The notes under the pieces were generated by a model. That model did not search any database. It was not told the origin of the DNA and saw nothing but the letters and a program-made list of their open reading frames with translations. Made by a program: the position numbers and the translations under genes. A DNA stretch of 63,874 bases, counting the filler, from Octopus bimaculoides (lineage: Eukaryota): NCBI RefSeq assembly GCF_001194135.2. It is 7 parts of 7 records of this genome, joined end to end, with 100 filler letters (N's around TTAATTAATTAA, not from the genome) between each part and the next. Parts side by side here need not be neighbours in the genome. Positions count along the whole stretch, not along the records: positions 21,845 to 45,032 come from NC_068984.1; 6 more parts are not named here. The stretch is one strand, 5' to 3'. Shown here one piece after another: positions 27,283 to 39,040 of the stretch; position 1 is the first letter of the stretch, and each line of letters opens with the position of its first letter.

Positions 27283-28294
27283 CTATCCTTTCCCTATATG
27301 TTTCTTCCTTCCTCACTTTTTTTTCTTTTGTTTCATTTCTGAACAGGGACTCATTGATAAATACGGAACACTTCTTACACAGGGACAATTTCAGGAGTTT
27401 ATGCAAAGTATTCCAAACAAGTGAGTTTTACCACTTTTAGCATATTTTCATTACCCACCCCTACCACTACTTTTTTGTCTATAGAATCCACTTTAAGGTA
27501 ACTCAAAGAGGAAGTGTGTTTGTGTGTGTGTGTGTGTGCGCGCGCGCGCTTATATGTATGATAGAATGTGCATGTATGAGTGCATGTATGATAGGATATA
27601 TGTATATATGTTGTTTTGTATGTGTATGTTGTATTGGCATTAATATAAGGTGTTCTTCCATTTTTGAGCTTCAACTCCAGGAGTTGTAGAGGTGCCCTTG
27701 CTATATATGACATGTGCTGAGTCTTTATAAAATTTAATGAAGCTCTGGCCTTATGAGTCCTTAAGGCTCATGAAAGACCTAAATCCCAAGTATTAGGTTG
27801 GTGCATAATTATTGCAGCTTTTTCTTCAACAAATTTTATTCAACAAAAACAATCACAACATTTAACAGAAACATCTTTAAATGATTATTCCGGGGTATAT
27901 TCACCATCTACTTCAATTACTGCTTGGCGTTTTGTTTAAAGTTTTGTTGAATAAAATTTATTGAAAAAAAGCTGCAATAGTTATGCACCAACCTAATACA
28001 ATATAATACACATATGTAAAATAGATACATGAATAAACATGACAGTGTTGTGCTTATATTCTCCTTATTTCTTGCAGGAAACGAGATCTACGGACTATAT
28101 TCAAGTCATTTCATCAAGAACGTGATGGTTATACCAGTAAAGAATCCATTTTGGAAAAATTAACCGAAATGAGAATCAACAATGCACAGGCTTTGGTCGA
28201 TCAAATGGAAATTGGGGTTGACGATGGTGGACTTGTCTCCTATGAAAACTTTTTACGAGTCTACTTCAAAAGCAAGCAAGAAACTCATTCCTAA
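24940..28294 (+). CDS. Divergent calmodulin-like EF-hand protein, 144 aa, 3 exons
   Basis: Exons 24940-25083, 27347-27420, 28078-28294 (GT-AG, phases 0 and 2) give MAEYDTIEFLNAEFNAMDKDNDGKLSSTEISEIL...FQKGLIDKYG...IPNKKRDLRTIFKSFHQERDGYTSKESI...MEIGVDDGGLVSYENFLRVYFKSKQETHS. EF1 loop DKDNDGKLSSTE is canonical. Confidence 0.88.
25490..25528 (+). ncRNA. Minimal type I hammerhead motif, U4C-substituted, in EF-hand intron 1
   Basis: GATTTT / CCGACGA-A / GAGC-tat-GCTC / GAAA / CGTC / AAACTC. Confidence 0.65.
26130..26306. mobile_element. Helentron/HINE (DINE-1-like) non-autonomous element
   Basis: AAAGTTTCATCCGAATTC..TCTTGAGATATC..CGGACAAAC text and terminal hairpin CCTCCGC(26277-26283)..GCGGAGG(26294-26300). 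Confidence 0.45.
27347..27420 (+). CDS. EF-hand gene exon 2
   Basis: Long pyrimidine tract plus CAG acceptor; GLIDKYGTLLTQGQFQEFMQSIPN; donor GTGAGT. Confidence 0.82.
27793..27996. mobile_element. Mariner MITE with TA TSD
   Basis: TIR TTAGGTTGGTGCA (Hsmar1/MADE1-like) at both ends, flanked by TA. Confidence 0.85.
28078..28294 (+). CDS. EF-hand gene exon 3
   Basis: TTTCTTGCAG acceptor; two degenerate EF hands; TAA at 28292-28294. Confidence 0.85.
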
Positions 28295-30154
28295 AACAAG
28301 AATACAGAAGTATTTTTGGTATTTAGTGGCACTTTATAAGCAAATTGTGCTCAAGAGCCCAATCAAGAAGTGACCCTGGAGAATATTATAGTCACAGTCA
28401 TCAAAATATGAAGGATCACATCACATGGATGGGTAAAAATACTGTAACAAACTCACGCTTGTCTTTGACCTACCATTCCTCTTCAATGATGATTCTTTCT
28501 CTCTTTCTGTGACCTAATCCATTTTTTAAATACCTGAATCACATGGTTCTAACCCTAGTCAGGTTTTCTTCAACTAACATTATTTGTTCTCAATCGAAAC
28601 TCATTTAAATTGCATCTAAGATCCTATTCCTGTCTATCGTAATCTTCCAATCAAACATTTGTCAACAAAAAATTCTCATCAATTTATCTTGATCTCCTTT
28701 GTTTTGGAATAAGGACAATTTTTGTGTTGGTGTTTTTGTTTAATCTTTTCTTCCATGGAACTCAATGCCATAATTAGTAATCTCACAGAAATTCTCTCTG
28801 GCAGCATTTAAATTTCACTCCAAATAAGATCCCTGTCTCCCTCAGAGCACTAGTTTTCTCGAATGACTTCCCTATCTGTGTTTATCAACTTGAAATTATT
28901 CAAGAGGAACATTTATGGCATCAATTTTGACAATCTTAGAAAATCTTTGAGAAAAAGACAGAGACAAAATAGAAAAGAAAAGCACACATTCCAAGAATGT
29001 CTTCTAAATGGTAATTATGTTTTTCTCTGTAAAAATGTCTTGCTTCATAAAATGTTAAATTCTGTTTAGTTTATTCACTTTGACTTTTGTCATGCTGGCA
29101 ATTTTTGAAATTGTTAGTATGGTACTCTACATGATTACTTATGCATAGAAATTTTAAGATCTTCATAAAAAATAATTGAAAAAAAAAATGACCGGAGATG
29201 TGGGTTCAGGTCCCACGAATAGCCTTCAACATTTTCAGTCTAAAAGGGTTTTTCAGTTCAATGTTTATATGCTAGTATTTATAGATTTATGTGTTCTTTG
29301 AGATCCACTATTTCAAAAAGAATTATTTCATGTTCTCTCAAAAGTTTATACAAAACTTCTTACTACATCGAAGTTAAATATATATATTCTTATGCATCTT
29401 CTTTGTTCCTCAATTTAAATTTCAAATTTATAATCGTATGCTGTCCCTGGATCGTGTCGGTAGTGTGGAGAGGATCTGAGAGGTGCCATCCAAGCTTCAG
29501 TACACCTAAAATTCTAGGCTGTGCCATTGCCAGCAAGGTGACGTTTCAATGCCCAGCTGAGTAGGAGGATACTGTGGTAAGCATGGAAGCTGCAAGCACA
29601 TACCCAGGTGAGGTCAGCAATGGGTGCAATAACCTCATGCACAAGCATTGCTGGATTTTGCATGGACGTGGACAATGGTCTGTGATGGTCTTCCTCGGTC
29701 ACAAGTGGATAGTCATCATCATCATCATGTCTATGCATGTATGTGGGGGGCAGGATGGACGTGAGTTTGTGTCTCCTTGTCTGGACCTTGCAAGAGTGTC
29801 GTCATCATACATTGATGTCCTTCATTTCCAATCTTCCATGAAAATATGTCTAGCCATGGGGAAACATGTTACCTTTGCTTGGAAACAAACGAGGATTGGT
29901 GACAGGAAGAGCATCCAGCCATAGAATAATATCTCGATATTTTCCATCTGATCTATGCATGGAAAAGTGGATGTTAAAACAATGATGATGATGATGATGA
30001 TTATGACGATGGTGGTGATGATGATGATGATGAATGGTTCTCATCCTATTATGGACTGTTTTAATTTCAGAAGTGATGATAACAGCAACAAAAGAGAATA
30101 TTGAAGTTTAAAAAAAGGAAAAATAAAAAAAAAACCATTATCTTAATAAAAATA

Positions 30155-30160
30155 TTTATT
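30155..30160 (-). terminator. Candidate polyadenylation signal (AATAAA) of cathepsin B
   Basis: TTTATT on the + strand about 150 nt past the stop codon. Confidence 0.45.
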
Positions 30161-30311
30161 TTGAAGTTTCATGTAAATTTCAAATAAAAATTTTAAATAT
30201 TTTTATATTTGTCTTGTGATGTGTGTGTGTGTGTGTTTGTATGTGTTTTTGTGTATGTGTGTTGTGTGTGTGATTTATATAAAATGTAAAAATGTCAACA
30301 ACATTAGAATA

Positions 30312-30403
30312 TCATTCTGTTTTTTGGGCCAATTTTGGAAGCCCTGCAACAATTTGATCTTCGATTCCACATTCATTGGTGCCTCTCTTGATCTTGAAAA
30401 ATC
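30312..30403 (-). CDS. CTSB: Cathepsin B coding exon 8 (last)
   Basis: [32 protein letters not shown] stop. Confidence 0.95.
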
Positions 30404-33400
30404 CTGAAAAAAAAGATTTACAGGATAAACATAAAAAAAAAATAATAATAATTGATAAATATTTACATATTTTTTTTTAAATCAAATTTCTTCCCCCATT
30501 TCACAGAAACACATCTTCTGAATAAAAGAAAACATTTATTAGAAAGAATTTATTAAAACAGCTGTCATTATTCAGCTAGTCTAAGGAGGCAAGGTGGGAG
30601 ACTCGTTAGCACACCTGACAAAATGCTAAGTGGCATTTCGTTCGTCTTTATATTCATCATCATCATCATTTAACGTCTGTTTTCCATGCTGGCATGGGTT
30701 GGACGGTTTGACTGAGGTCTGGAGAGCGAGTGACTGCACCAGGTTCCAATCTGATCTGGCAGTATTTCTACAGCTGGATACCCTTCCTAATGCCAACCAC
30801 TCTGAGAGTGTAGTGTATGCTTTTTACATGCCATTGGCATGGGAGCCAGTCAGGGGTTACTGGCATCGACCACATTCGGATGGTGCTTTTTATGTACCAC
30901 CAGCACAGGAGCCAGTCAGGGGTCACTGGCCACAGCTATGATATTGGTTTTACTTGACTCAACAGGTCTTCTCAAGCATATCATATCGCCTGACACATCA
31001 GGGGTACTCTTAACTAGGCCAGACGTGCATGACTGCAATCTGAGTTCAAATTCCACCAAGGTAGACTTTGCCTTTCTTCCTTTCAGGATTGATAAAATAA
31101 GCACCAGTTGAATACTAGGGTTGATGTAATCAACTTACCCCTCCCCTAGCCTTGTGCCAAAATTTGAAATCAATATTAGGATGATTTGTACACAAAACAA
31201 TAACTGAAAATATTTTCAAAAATTCTATAAAACTTATAAAGAATTTGCAACCACATAGAAACTACAAAGAAAAATCATTAAAGAAATTTTGTTTGAATGT
31301 TAAATACCTTTATCTCCCCAATCAGGGTTCCAAGAATTAGCCACAAGCCAATATGGAGTACCTTGCTCAACGCCCCAACCTAAAACCTTCACAGCATGGC
31401 CACCCATAAATTCTCCTTCTTCGTGTTGGTAAACACCTGTTATGAATAGAAACAGAGAATAATGGTACGGTCAGCTGAAATGGAGAGACTAGAACTGTTA
31501 GCTGGTTTCTGCTTTCATATTTCTCAATGGTTGAATCAGGGAGAAGGGGCCAGCATCCATTACTCTGCAAGTCTTTGATTGCTCAGCCTGAGCATCCGTA
31601 AGTTAGCATCGAAAGAAACTACATTTGGTGGTGAAGACAATTCTAGATGGAACTGGTACTCTGGCAAATAGGTGAATGAGTAAAGAGGTTAACGTAGGTT
31701 CTGATCAGTTGGAATAGGAACCAAGGAGAGGAGGGCAGATATATGACTTAGCTGTCTGATTAACGTGGAGGTGCAATGGCCCAGTGGTTAGGGCAGCGGA
31801 CTCGTGGTCATAGGATCGCAGTTTCGATTCCCAGACCGGGCATTGTGAGTGTTTATTGAGCGAAAACACCTAAAGCTCCACAAGGCTCCGGCAGGGGACA
31901 GTGGTGAACCCTGCTGTACTCTTCCACCACAACTTTCTCTCACTCTTACTTCTTGTTTCTGTTGTGCCTGTAATTCAAAGGGTCAGCCTTGTCACTCTGT
32001 GTCACGCTGAATATCCCCGAGAACTACGCTAAGGGTACACGTGTCTGTGGAGTGCTCAGCCAATTGCACGTTAATTTCATGAGCAGGCTGTTCCATTGAT
32101 CAGATCAACTGGGACCCTCGACGTCGTAAGCGATGGAGTGTCAGTTTATGTATATATGTCTGATTAACAAGTAAAACAAAATATCAATTATTTCTCTCTA
32201 AGATACAAGAAATTGGTTGCCATGAGTGCAATGGATAAATAAAGTGCTGACGTCCTCCGGAAAGGCCTCTGTAGCACAGCCTCCTTCTTGAAAGACACTG
32301 CCTTGTTTCACATGAGTGAAATACAAACATGTACTAATTAAAGAATTGATTTAAAATATATATATAAATGAATGGAAATCCAATTAACCTTTTGTTAAAA
32401 TACACAGCAATTATTGCAATTAATTTTTGAAATAATGAATTTAATAAAATAACTTTGTCATTCTGGCAGAATCCTAAGTGCACATGACAAAATAGTGAGA
32501 GGTGGTCACTTATGATCCTTTATGCTCTGAATCTTCATTGAGGTCAACTTTGCCTTCCTCCCTTTTGAAGTCGATAAAATAAGTACCAGTTGACCACTGG
32601 GGTCAGTGCAATCGACTTTCATCCTTCTCCCAGACTTGCTGGCCTTGCATCAAAATGGGAAAGCATTATTATTATTATTTTGGTTTGCCTCAGATTCAGT
32701 CTTTTATTCCTGGCAGGATTCCAGTGGGAAGCAGGGCAGGGAACTGGCAGAATCATTAGCATGTCAGGCAAAATGCTTAGTGGTACTCTGTCCGTCTCCA
32801 CACTTTGAGTTCAAGTTTCACCGGGGTCAACTTTGTTTCTCATCCTTTCAGGGTAAATAAAATAAGTACCAGTTGAGGGCTGGGGTTGATGCAATCGACT
32901 AGTCCCTTTCCCACAAATTTCAGGCCTTGTACCAATAGCAGAAAGGATTATTATTATTATTACTATTATTATTATTATCATTAAGGCGGCGAGCTGGAAG
33001 AATCGTTAGCGTGCTAAACGAAATGCTTAGCAGTATTTTGCCCGTTGCTCTGTTCTGAGTTCAAATTCCACCAAGGTCGACTTTGCCTTTCATCCTTTCA
33101 GGGTCGATAAATTAAGAATCAGTTGACCACTGGGGTCAACGCAATTGAGTTGCCTCCTCCCCCAAAATTTCAGGCCTTGAACCAAAATCAAAAAAGGACA
33201 ACCAAAGAAAACAGAATGAAATATCTTTTGTCACCTGATTTATATGTAAGGAAATCTTTGTAAACTGAGAAAGCTGCCTCAACGGGGCCATTGGTCAGTA
33301 TTTCCTGCCGAATGCTCTTTTCATCATTGTCCACAGCGTAAGAGTTATGTCCTGGAATTAGAAGAGATTCAGATATCATTTTGGTTTAGACATATCAAAG

Positions 33401-36400
33401 GAGACATAAATTATGGGATTTAAATTAAGACATGGGAAAAACAAGACTATGGACTCCATACATAACTCTGTGCATGTGTGTGTGTGTGTGTGTGTTTTGA
33501 GAAGGGCAATATCACTAGGGGACAGGGTAGATAGGTGTCCGGGAAGAACAGACAAGGGGTAGTATATGAATGGAGGAGAGAGAGGTGGGAGGAGAGTCAA
33601 TGGAAGTTAGAAAGGGAGAGGAGTTAATGCTGCGTTGGTGCAGAATTATTGCAGCTTTTTTTTTCAACAAAAACATCTTTAAATGATGGTCTGGCTATCT
33701 GCCAAGCAAATGGGAAGCAGTAATTGAAGGAGATGGTGAATATGCTCCGGAATAATCATTTAAAGATGTTTTTGTTATGTGTTATTGTTTTTTGTTGAAA
33801 AAAAAAACTGCAATAATTCTGCACCAACCCAATAAGAGGGTGGAGAAGGGGAGGAGCTACAAGAGAAGTCAATGGTAGGAAGAGGAGGCATTGAGAGAGA
33901 GAGAGAGGGAGTGCTAGAGTAGTAAAGGGAGAGAGGAGTTGAGAGAGGGGGGGCAAAAAGAAGGGAGTCAGTAAAAGATTGAGGGGTCAGCAGGAAACAG
34001 AACGGAGTGAGTCAACAGGGACAGAGTAGGGGTCAGGGATTAGTTGAGAATAAGGAAGGGAATTGAATGGAGGAAGAGATAATAGCAATATGAAAGTTTG
34101 CCTGCCAACCATGTGGTCTTGGGTTCAGTCCCGCTGTGTGGCACCTTGCACAAGTGTCTTCTTCTACAGCATTGGGTCAACCAAAGCCTTTGTGAGGGGA
34201 TTTGGTAGAGGGAAACTGAAAGAAGCCTGATATATATATACATAGATATGCATGCTTGTGTACTTTTGTCTAGAGAGTGTGTGATGGGTGTAAACGAGTG
34301 AGGATGCTTATCTATGATAAACGTGTCTGGCCACAGGTAAATATTACCTGTGGCTGGAAACAGGTAAGGATTAATGACATGGGGAGCATGTAGTCAAAGG
34401 AAATCTGCCCCAGTAAATTTCATGCAACTGATGCAAAAATCGAAAAGAAGGCATTAAACGAATGAATGATAATGGAAGTGGTAATCCGAAGAAAGAGGCT
34501 TTCACCAGATGTACACACCATAATGTTTGTCATTTTCATAAGTCATATTGTATCCCTGTTCACAATGTCTTTCACATGCTGGGGTTGGCAATTCTCCCTT
34601 ACAAGGGTTCAGTTTCCCAGGAACATGATGGTCACAGGCTGGTATTTTATACGGTTGGCAACCCTGCAAGAAAAATATTGAGGAAAATCATTAAAAGAGA
34701 TGCACATAATGTCATGGAGTTGAGATAACATTGGTAATCATCATCATCATCATTATCACTATCATTTAACATTTCAGGTTCCATGTTGGCATGAATTGGA
34801 TGGTTTGACAGAATTCAATGGGTCCAAGGACTGCATCATTCTCCAGACGTCTGCCTTGGTGTGGTTTCTATGGCTGGAGACCCTTTTTAATGCCAACTGC
34901 TTTACAGCATGGACTGGGAGCTTTATCCATGCTACTGGCGCTAATGAGGTTGCCATGCAGCCTGCAAGACTATGAACCCTGAGGGAGGGTTGGCCAGCTT
35001 TATTTTTTGGGGATGAGGGGTGGGTTAAAATATTGGGGCGGTGGGGTGGAAGAGCTCCATGGTTAGGGGAGGGAGAGAATGATCAGTAGAAACTGCAAAG
35101 AGATAGATATTAGAGATGAAGAGTCCAGGTGACCCCCACAAAGCACNNNNNNNNNNNNNNNNNNNNNNNNNNNNNNNNNNNNNNNNNNNNNNNNNNNNNN
35201 NNNNNNNNNNNNNNNNNNNNNNNNNNNNNNNNNNNNNNNNNNNNNNNNGGGTGGGTGTCTTGCAAGATTATATGAGGAGTTGAGGGGATGGGGAGGCAGC
35301 CTGCAAGTGTAAAAAAAAAAAGTTGGGGTCCTGGTGAATGGTGATGACTGATGAGTTGGGGAAGATAAAGGGATGCAGAAGGGAGCAAAAAGGACCTGGC
35401 CGTGTGGTAAAGAAGCATCGGATTCCAGGTTTGATGGTGCCACATGACATCTTTGGCCTTTTACTTTTGCTTTGGGTCAACCAAAGTCTTGAGAATGAAA
35501 TTTGATAAACAGAAACTTCCTGTAATGTAGGAGTCTAGCAAAAGACTAATTAGGGGTAAGCGCCAGGCTTAAACAAAATAAATACTACAGTACTTATTTG
35601 TTCAACTGAATCCCTTCAAAGTGGTGCCCCAGCATGGCCACAGTCCAATGACTAAAACAAATAAAAGGTAAAAGATATCGAGTGTTATAAATGCTTTCAA
35701 GGTAGCAAGCTGGCAGGATCATTGTCATCATTGTTTAATGTCCATCTTCCATGCTGGCATAGAAGATGGCCATCGCTGACCAAATGCTTAGCAGCACTTG
35801 TTCCAGCTTCAAATTCTGCTAAGGTCAACTTTGCCTTTCATACTTCCAGGTTGAATGAAATGAGAACCAGTTAAGCACTGGGGTCACTTGCCCACACCCA
35901 AACTTCAGGCTTTGAGCCTTATAACACAAAGAACTATGATAAATGTTTTATCCAACGAATCCAGGGGTTTGTTCTATCTACATCAATGTGGTAACTCAGA
36001 AAAGAATTTACAAGCAAGAACAAGCACAAAATAATATTCTATTCTACTCTGAGCACACAGCACAATATTTTTGGGGAAGGGGCCAGTCAATTAGATCAAC
36101 CCCAGTATGCAACTGGTACTTAATTTATTGACCCTGAAAGGATGAAAGGCAAAGTCGACTTCAGCAGAAACACAAAACAATATTACAAAGTGAATGTATT
36201 GTTGTGAAGAAAAGGAAAGAAATATCATATTTCAAACCTATCTGTTATTGAAGACAGAAGGGTGATGGTCAAGTGGTTAGGGTGGTGCACACATGATCGC
36301 AAGAGTGTGGTTTCAATTCTTGGATAGGACAGTGCATGGTGTTCTTGAAAGGAAAACACTTGCTCCAGTCCACTCGGCTGTAAAATGGGTCACCCTGTGA

Positions 36401-39040
36401 TGAACTGGTGTCCAATTCGAGGGCAATGTTATGATCTTGGCCCCTAATAAGCCATGGAAACTGAATAATCGACCCTGCAAGTCCAAGGACTCAAGACAAT
36501 AATGACCAGGAGGTTTAATAATGATGACGATGATGTAATTAGACTGATGAAAGGTTTTTACCTGTTTGCTCTTATATGGTCCACCAGTGACGATGCCTCT
36601 AGATTTAAAATAGTCCCAAGCAGCAGAAGGGAATCCACCGTTACAACTGCAAAATCATAAAAGATTAGTCTTATTATTTATTTTCCTTTGTCTAAAGTTA
36701 TTCTCTTAAATTACTACAATAATGCTTTCAGGAAAATGGTATTTCTTTTGCATCATGTTCCTCAGAAGCTTCTCCTCAACACCTAATAACAGAAGAAGCC
36801 ATTCTTCAATTCATGGGGAAAAAAAAGACAGGTATGACTGGTGCCCCAAACACGTAGTTTTGATTCAGTCTCACTGAGTGACATCTTGGGCAAGTGTCTT
36901 CTACTAAAGCATGAGACCAACCAAAACCTTCTGAGTGGATTTGGTAAATGGAGACTGAAAGAAGCCCATCGTATATATATATGTGTCTGTGTGTGTGTGT
37001 CCCCTGTCCCTGTACATTTTTAAAGACCAATGGAATAACAAAAAGATCCATTACTTAAAAAACAGATAAAGGTTGCTTTGAAGACAGAAAAAGTATCCAA
37101 CTAGAAAATTCTACATCAAATAAATCTCCAACACACCCAAGCTAGCATGGAAAAATTTCATCATCATCATTTAACATCCATGTTCCATGCTGATATGGTT
37201 TGGACAATTCAAGAGGATGTGACAAGCTTGAGGGTAGTGTTGGTCTCCAGTGTGTCTGTTTTGGCAAAGTTTCTACAGCTGGAGGCCCTTCCTGATGCCA
37301 ACCATTTTACAGAGTGTCTGCTGGGTGGTTTTTTTTTATTTTTTCGTTTTGGGGCATCAGCACCGGTGGGGTGACCAAGTAACTCACAAGACACAAGCTT
37401 TGTGCAAAGCATAGAGAGGCTAAAGTAGAAACGAGGAAAAGGTGTCGTGCTGTCGAGGAGGCATGTGGGTACCCCAGTTGGAAAGGAAGAAAGTACAATG
37501 GAGAGGAGATACCCTCAAAGTACAACAAACAAATAGCAGAGAAGGAAATGAAACTTACCCATTACCACAGCTCTCACAGCAAGTCATCAAGTCTTCAATG
37601 GAAATATGAGCATTCGCTTGGCCTCCGGAATGGATACAGATTCTGTCAGACATAGCTTCAGCGGCAGCAGCAGCCTGCAACATGACAGAACAAGGAGGGA
37701 TCTTCTTATTTAGGGAGCACAATTTGAAATTTCAGTTCCAACTCACAGACAAATGGTCTCAGAACAAATCACTTACATATATACTTAAGTGGTGGTCACT
37801 CTACTTAGCTTTAACAACAGGAGAAATGTCATAAAAAGCAGTGGGTAGCAATTAGGGGTCAGTACACTTACCCAACAAGAGCCGCAGTTTCCTTGGTCTC
37901 TAACTTCTTTGAGTGTTTCGCAAGCAGGCCACTGTTCACGAGAATCAAATGAATCAGGAAGAGGACCACCCATCTCAAGAACTGGTGGTCTCAGATGGGG
38001 CAGATGCAACTTGGAATCGGGTAAAACACCCATCAGTCTTTTGATGTCTTTTAAGTCAGTCCAGCCAAAGTTATCTTGAGCCTAGAATTGGAAAGAGAAA
38101 AGAACTTTAGACACTGCATAGCAAACCTATCCAACCCATGCAAGCAAGGAAAACAAAAACCAAAAAGAAATTTTCAATGATTTGAATGACCGCATAGCAC
38201 ATAAAAAGCCCCATCTGAATGTGGTCGATGCTAGTGCCGCCTGACTGGCTCCCGTGCTGGTGACACGTAAAAAGCACCCACTACACTCTCGGAGTGGTTG
38301 GCATTAGGAAGGGCATCCAGCTGTAGAAACTTTGCCAGATCAGATTGGAGCCTGGTGCAGCCTCCTGGCTTGCCAGTCCTCAGTAAACTGTCCTTCCCAT
38401 GCCAGTATGGAAAATGGATGCTAAATGATGATGATGGATGATGATGATGATGACGATGATGATGACGATGACAATGATATAGATAGATAGATAGATATTG
38501 GCTTGTAAAGTGGAGGATGTCGGTGGTGATGGTGGTCATCATCATCATCATTTAACATCCGTTTTTTTATGCTGGCATGGGTTGGACGGTTTGACTGAGG
38601 ACTGGCAGAGTTTCTACAGCTGGATGCCCTTCCTAACGCCAACCACTCCGAGAGTGTAGTGGGTGCTTTTTACGTGGCACCGGCACGGGAGTCAGTCAAG
38701 CGGCACTGGCATCAACCACATTTGGACGGTGCTTTTTATGTGCCACTGGCACGGGGAGCCACTCAGGTGTATTAGGTGGTTTCAGCAATTATAGATAGAT
38801 GACAAAAGAGTGAATGAGACAGACAGACAGATGACAGAGATAGAAAAACAAGCAGACCAACAGATAGACTGATAGAGAGATAAAGAGTGAAGAGCCACTT
38901 ACGTCCCATGTTGTCTGAAGGCTGTTAATTTTCTGCACCATCGGTGAAAGAGGGGTCATCTTCTCCATGTTCACCACAGTGTAACCAGACACCATGGTCA
39001 CCAACAATGTGGCAGCTAAGATTTGTGTTCGAAACTCCAT
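30312..39040 (-). CDS. CTSB: Cathepsin B (papain family C1A), 343 aa, 8 coding exons
   Basis: Exons 39040-38903, 38081-37872, 37674-37559, 36646-36562, 34663-34519, 33351-33235, 31436-31308, 30403-30312 join by GT-AG with matching phases into 1032 nt. Signal peptide [19 protein letters not shown], propeptide, QGNCGSCW (catalytic Cys), occluding loop CDHHVPG, GGHAV (His), ANSW (Asn), C-terminal [10 protein letters not shown]. Confidence 0.97.
31308..31436 (-). CDS. CTSB: Cathepsin B coding exon 7 (catalytic His and Asn)
   Basis: [42 protein letters not shown]; phase 1/1. Confidence 0.96.
31765..32156 (+). mobile_element. tRNA-derived SINE (family C) in a cathepsin B intron
   Basis: TSD TGTCTGATTAAC at 31753-31764 and 32157-32168. 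Confidence 0.9.
33235..33351 (-). CDS. CTSB: Cathepsin B coding exon 6
   Basis: [38 protein letters not shown]; phase 1/1. Confidence 0.95.
33630..33832. mobile_element. Mariner MITE, same family as 27793-27996
   Basis: GTTGGTGCAGAATTATTGCAG TIRs; internal remnant reading [15 protein letters not shown] resembles a mariner C-terminus. Confidence 0.8.
34519..34663 (-). CDS. CTSB: Cathepsin B coding exon 5 (occluding loop)
   Basis: [48 protein letters not shown]; phase 0/1. Confidence 0.96.
36562..36646 (-). CDS. CTSB: Cathepsin B coding exon 4
   Basis: [28 protein letters not shown]; phase 2/0. Confidence 0.95.
37559..37674 (-). CDS. CTSB: Cathepsin B coding exon 3
   Basis: [18 protein letters not shown]...[11 protein letters not shown]; phase 0/2. 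Confidence 0.95.
37872..38081 (-). CDS. CTSB: Cathepsin B coding exon 2
   Basis: AQDNFGW...[14 protein letters not shown]...DQGNCGSCW; phase 0/0. Confidence 0.96.
38190..38760. mobile_element. Two tail-to-tail copies of a (GAT)n-tailed SINE (family D)
   Basis: 38190-38435 (+) and 38540-38760 (-) share GTGGTTGGC.TTAGGAAGGGCATCCAGCTGTAGAAAC; further copies at 30655-30935, 34740-34910, 37165-37320, 55530-55700. Confidence 0.8.
38903..39040 (-). CDS. CTSB: Cathepsin B coding exon 1 (signal peptide, propeptide start)
   Basis: MEFRTQ...LQTTWD; donor GTAAGT; acceptor at 39053-39054 with 12 nt before the ATG, so an upstream exon must exist. Confidence 0.92.
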
